This document shows positions 63,601 through 64,000 of a stretch of 64,000 nt of DNA, piece after piece. The position numbers and the translations under genes are program-made. The DNA is from Mobula hypostoma (taxonomy: Eukaryota): NCBI RefSeq assembly GCF_963921235.1, contig NC_086129.1:35154001-35218000 (forward strand), written 5' to 3'. A model generated the notes under the pieces. It ran no database searches and was not told where the DNA came from. It saw only the letters and a program-made list of their open reading frames with translations. How positions within the stretch are numbered: position 1 is the stretch's first letter; each line of letters starts with the position of its first letter.

Positions 63601-64000
63601 GGACATCTGTCATTCATAGTCATTGCTGCTTGACTGAAGCACTCTCATCATTTTTAGCATCACATTATCCATATCCTGTGGAACATCTTAGCTAGTTTCA
63701 ATGAGCCCAGCAACATTTTCTAATTGCTTCCCATGTTAGTCACCAACTTGGTAGGAATCAATAAAAAGTCTGTGCTCCACGTATGCTGAAGTAAAGTGTT
63801 CTTACTGTGCAGCTTGACAGTATAATCATGCAACACAGAACAAGGATTTTCTGCCGGTTAAACCTTTGTCACTATATCATATTTGCTCCACTCCCCCATT
63901 TTTCCCCATGACCTGGATATTTTCTTTTTTTAAATACATAGGCCCTCTGAATACTTTGTGTATTATTTAAATATATGTCTCATTGCTAATCCTCTTAATT

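Noticed and set aside
63474-63695. Possible next tbcel exon after ttttcag
   Set aside because: The translation shows no LRR pattern expected for TBCEL.

Overview
This is eukaryotic, AT-rich, repeat-dense vertebrate DNA. The repeat mix (CR1, Rex1/Babar, Penelope, Tc1, Tigger, tRNA-SINEs) suggests a cartilaginous fish, probably a ray; that assignment is inference. Four intron-containing housekeeping genes can be read from GT-AG-bounded exons. aamdc (- strand) is complete, with 3 coding exons and 122 aa. rexo2 (- strand) is complete, with 7 exons and 281 aa. rbm7 (+ strand) shows exons 1-4, and its last exon was not found before a 200-N gap. tbcel (+ strand) shows its first two coding exons and continues beyond the window. 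Almost all other ORFs in the track are transposon debris or chance ORFs. Three observations stand out. (1) A two-LTR Gypsy-type retrotransposon (50527-53379) has its RT/RNaseH/integrase region replaced by an intronless RBM25 fragment, joined in frame to the end of the protease region. (2) Penelope terminal repeats carry minimal type I hammerhead ribozyme motifs, one with an intact core lying sense within the aamdc pre-mRNA. (3) A 267-bp inverted copy of local rbm7 intron sequence is inserted inside a young CR1.
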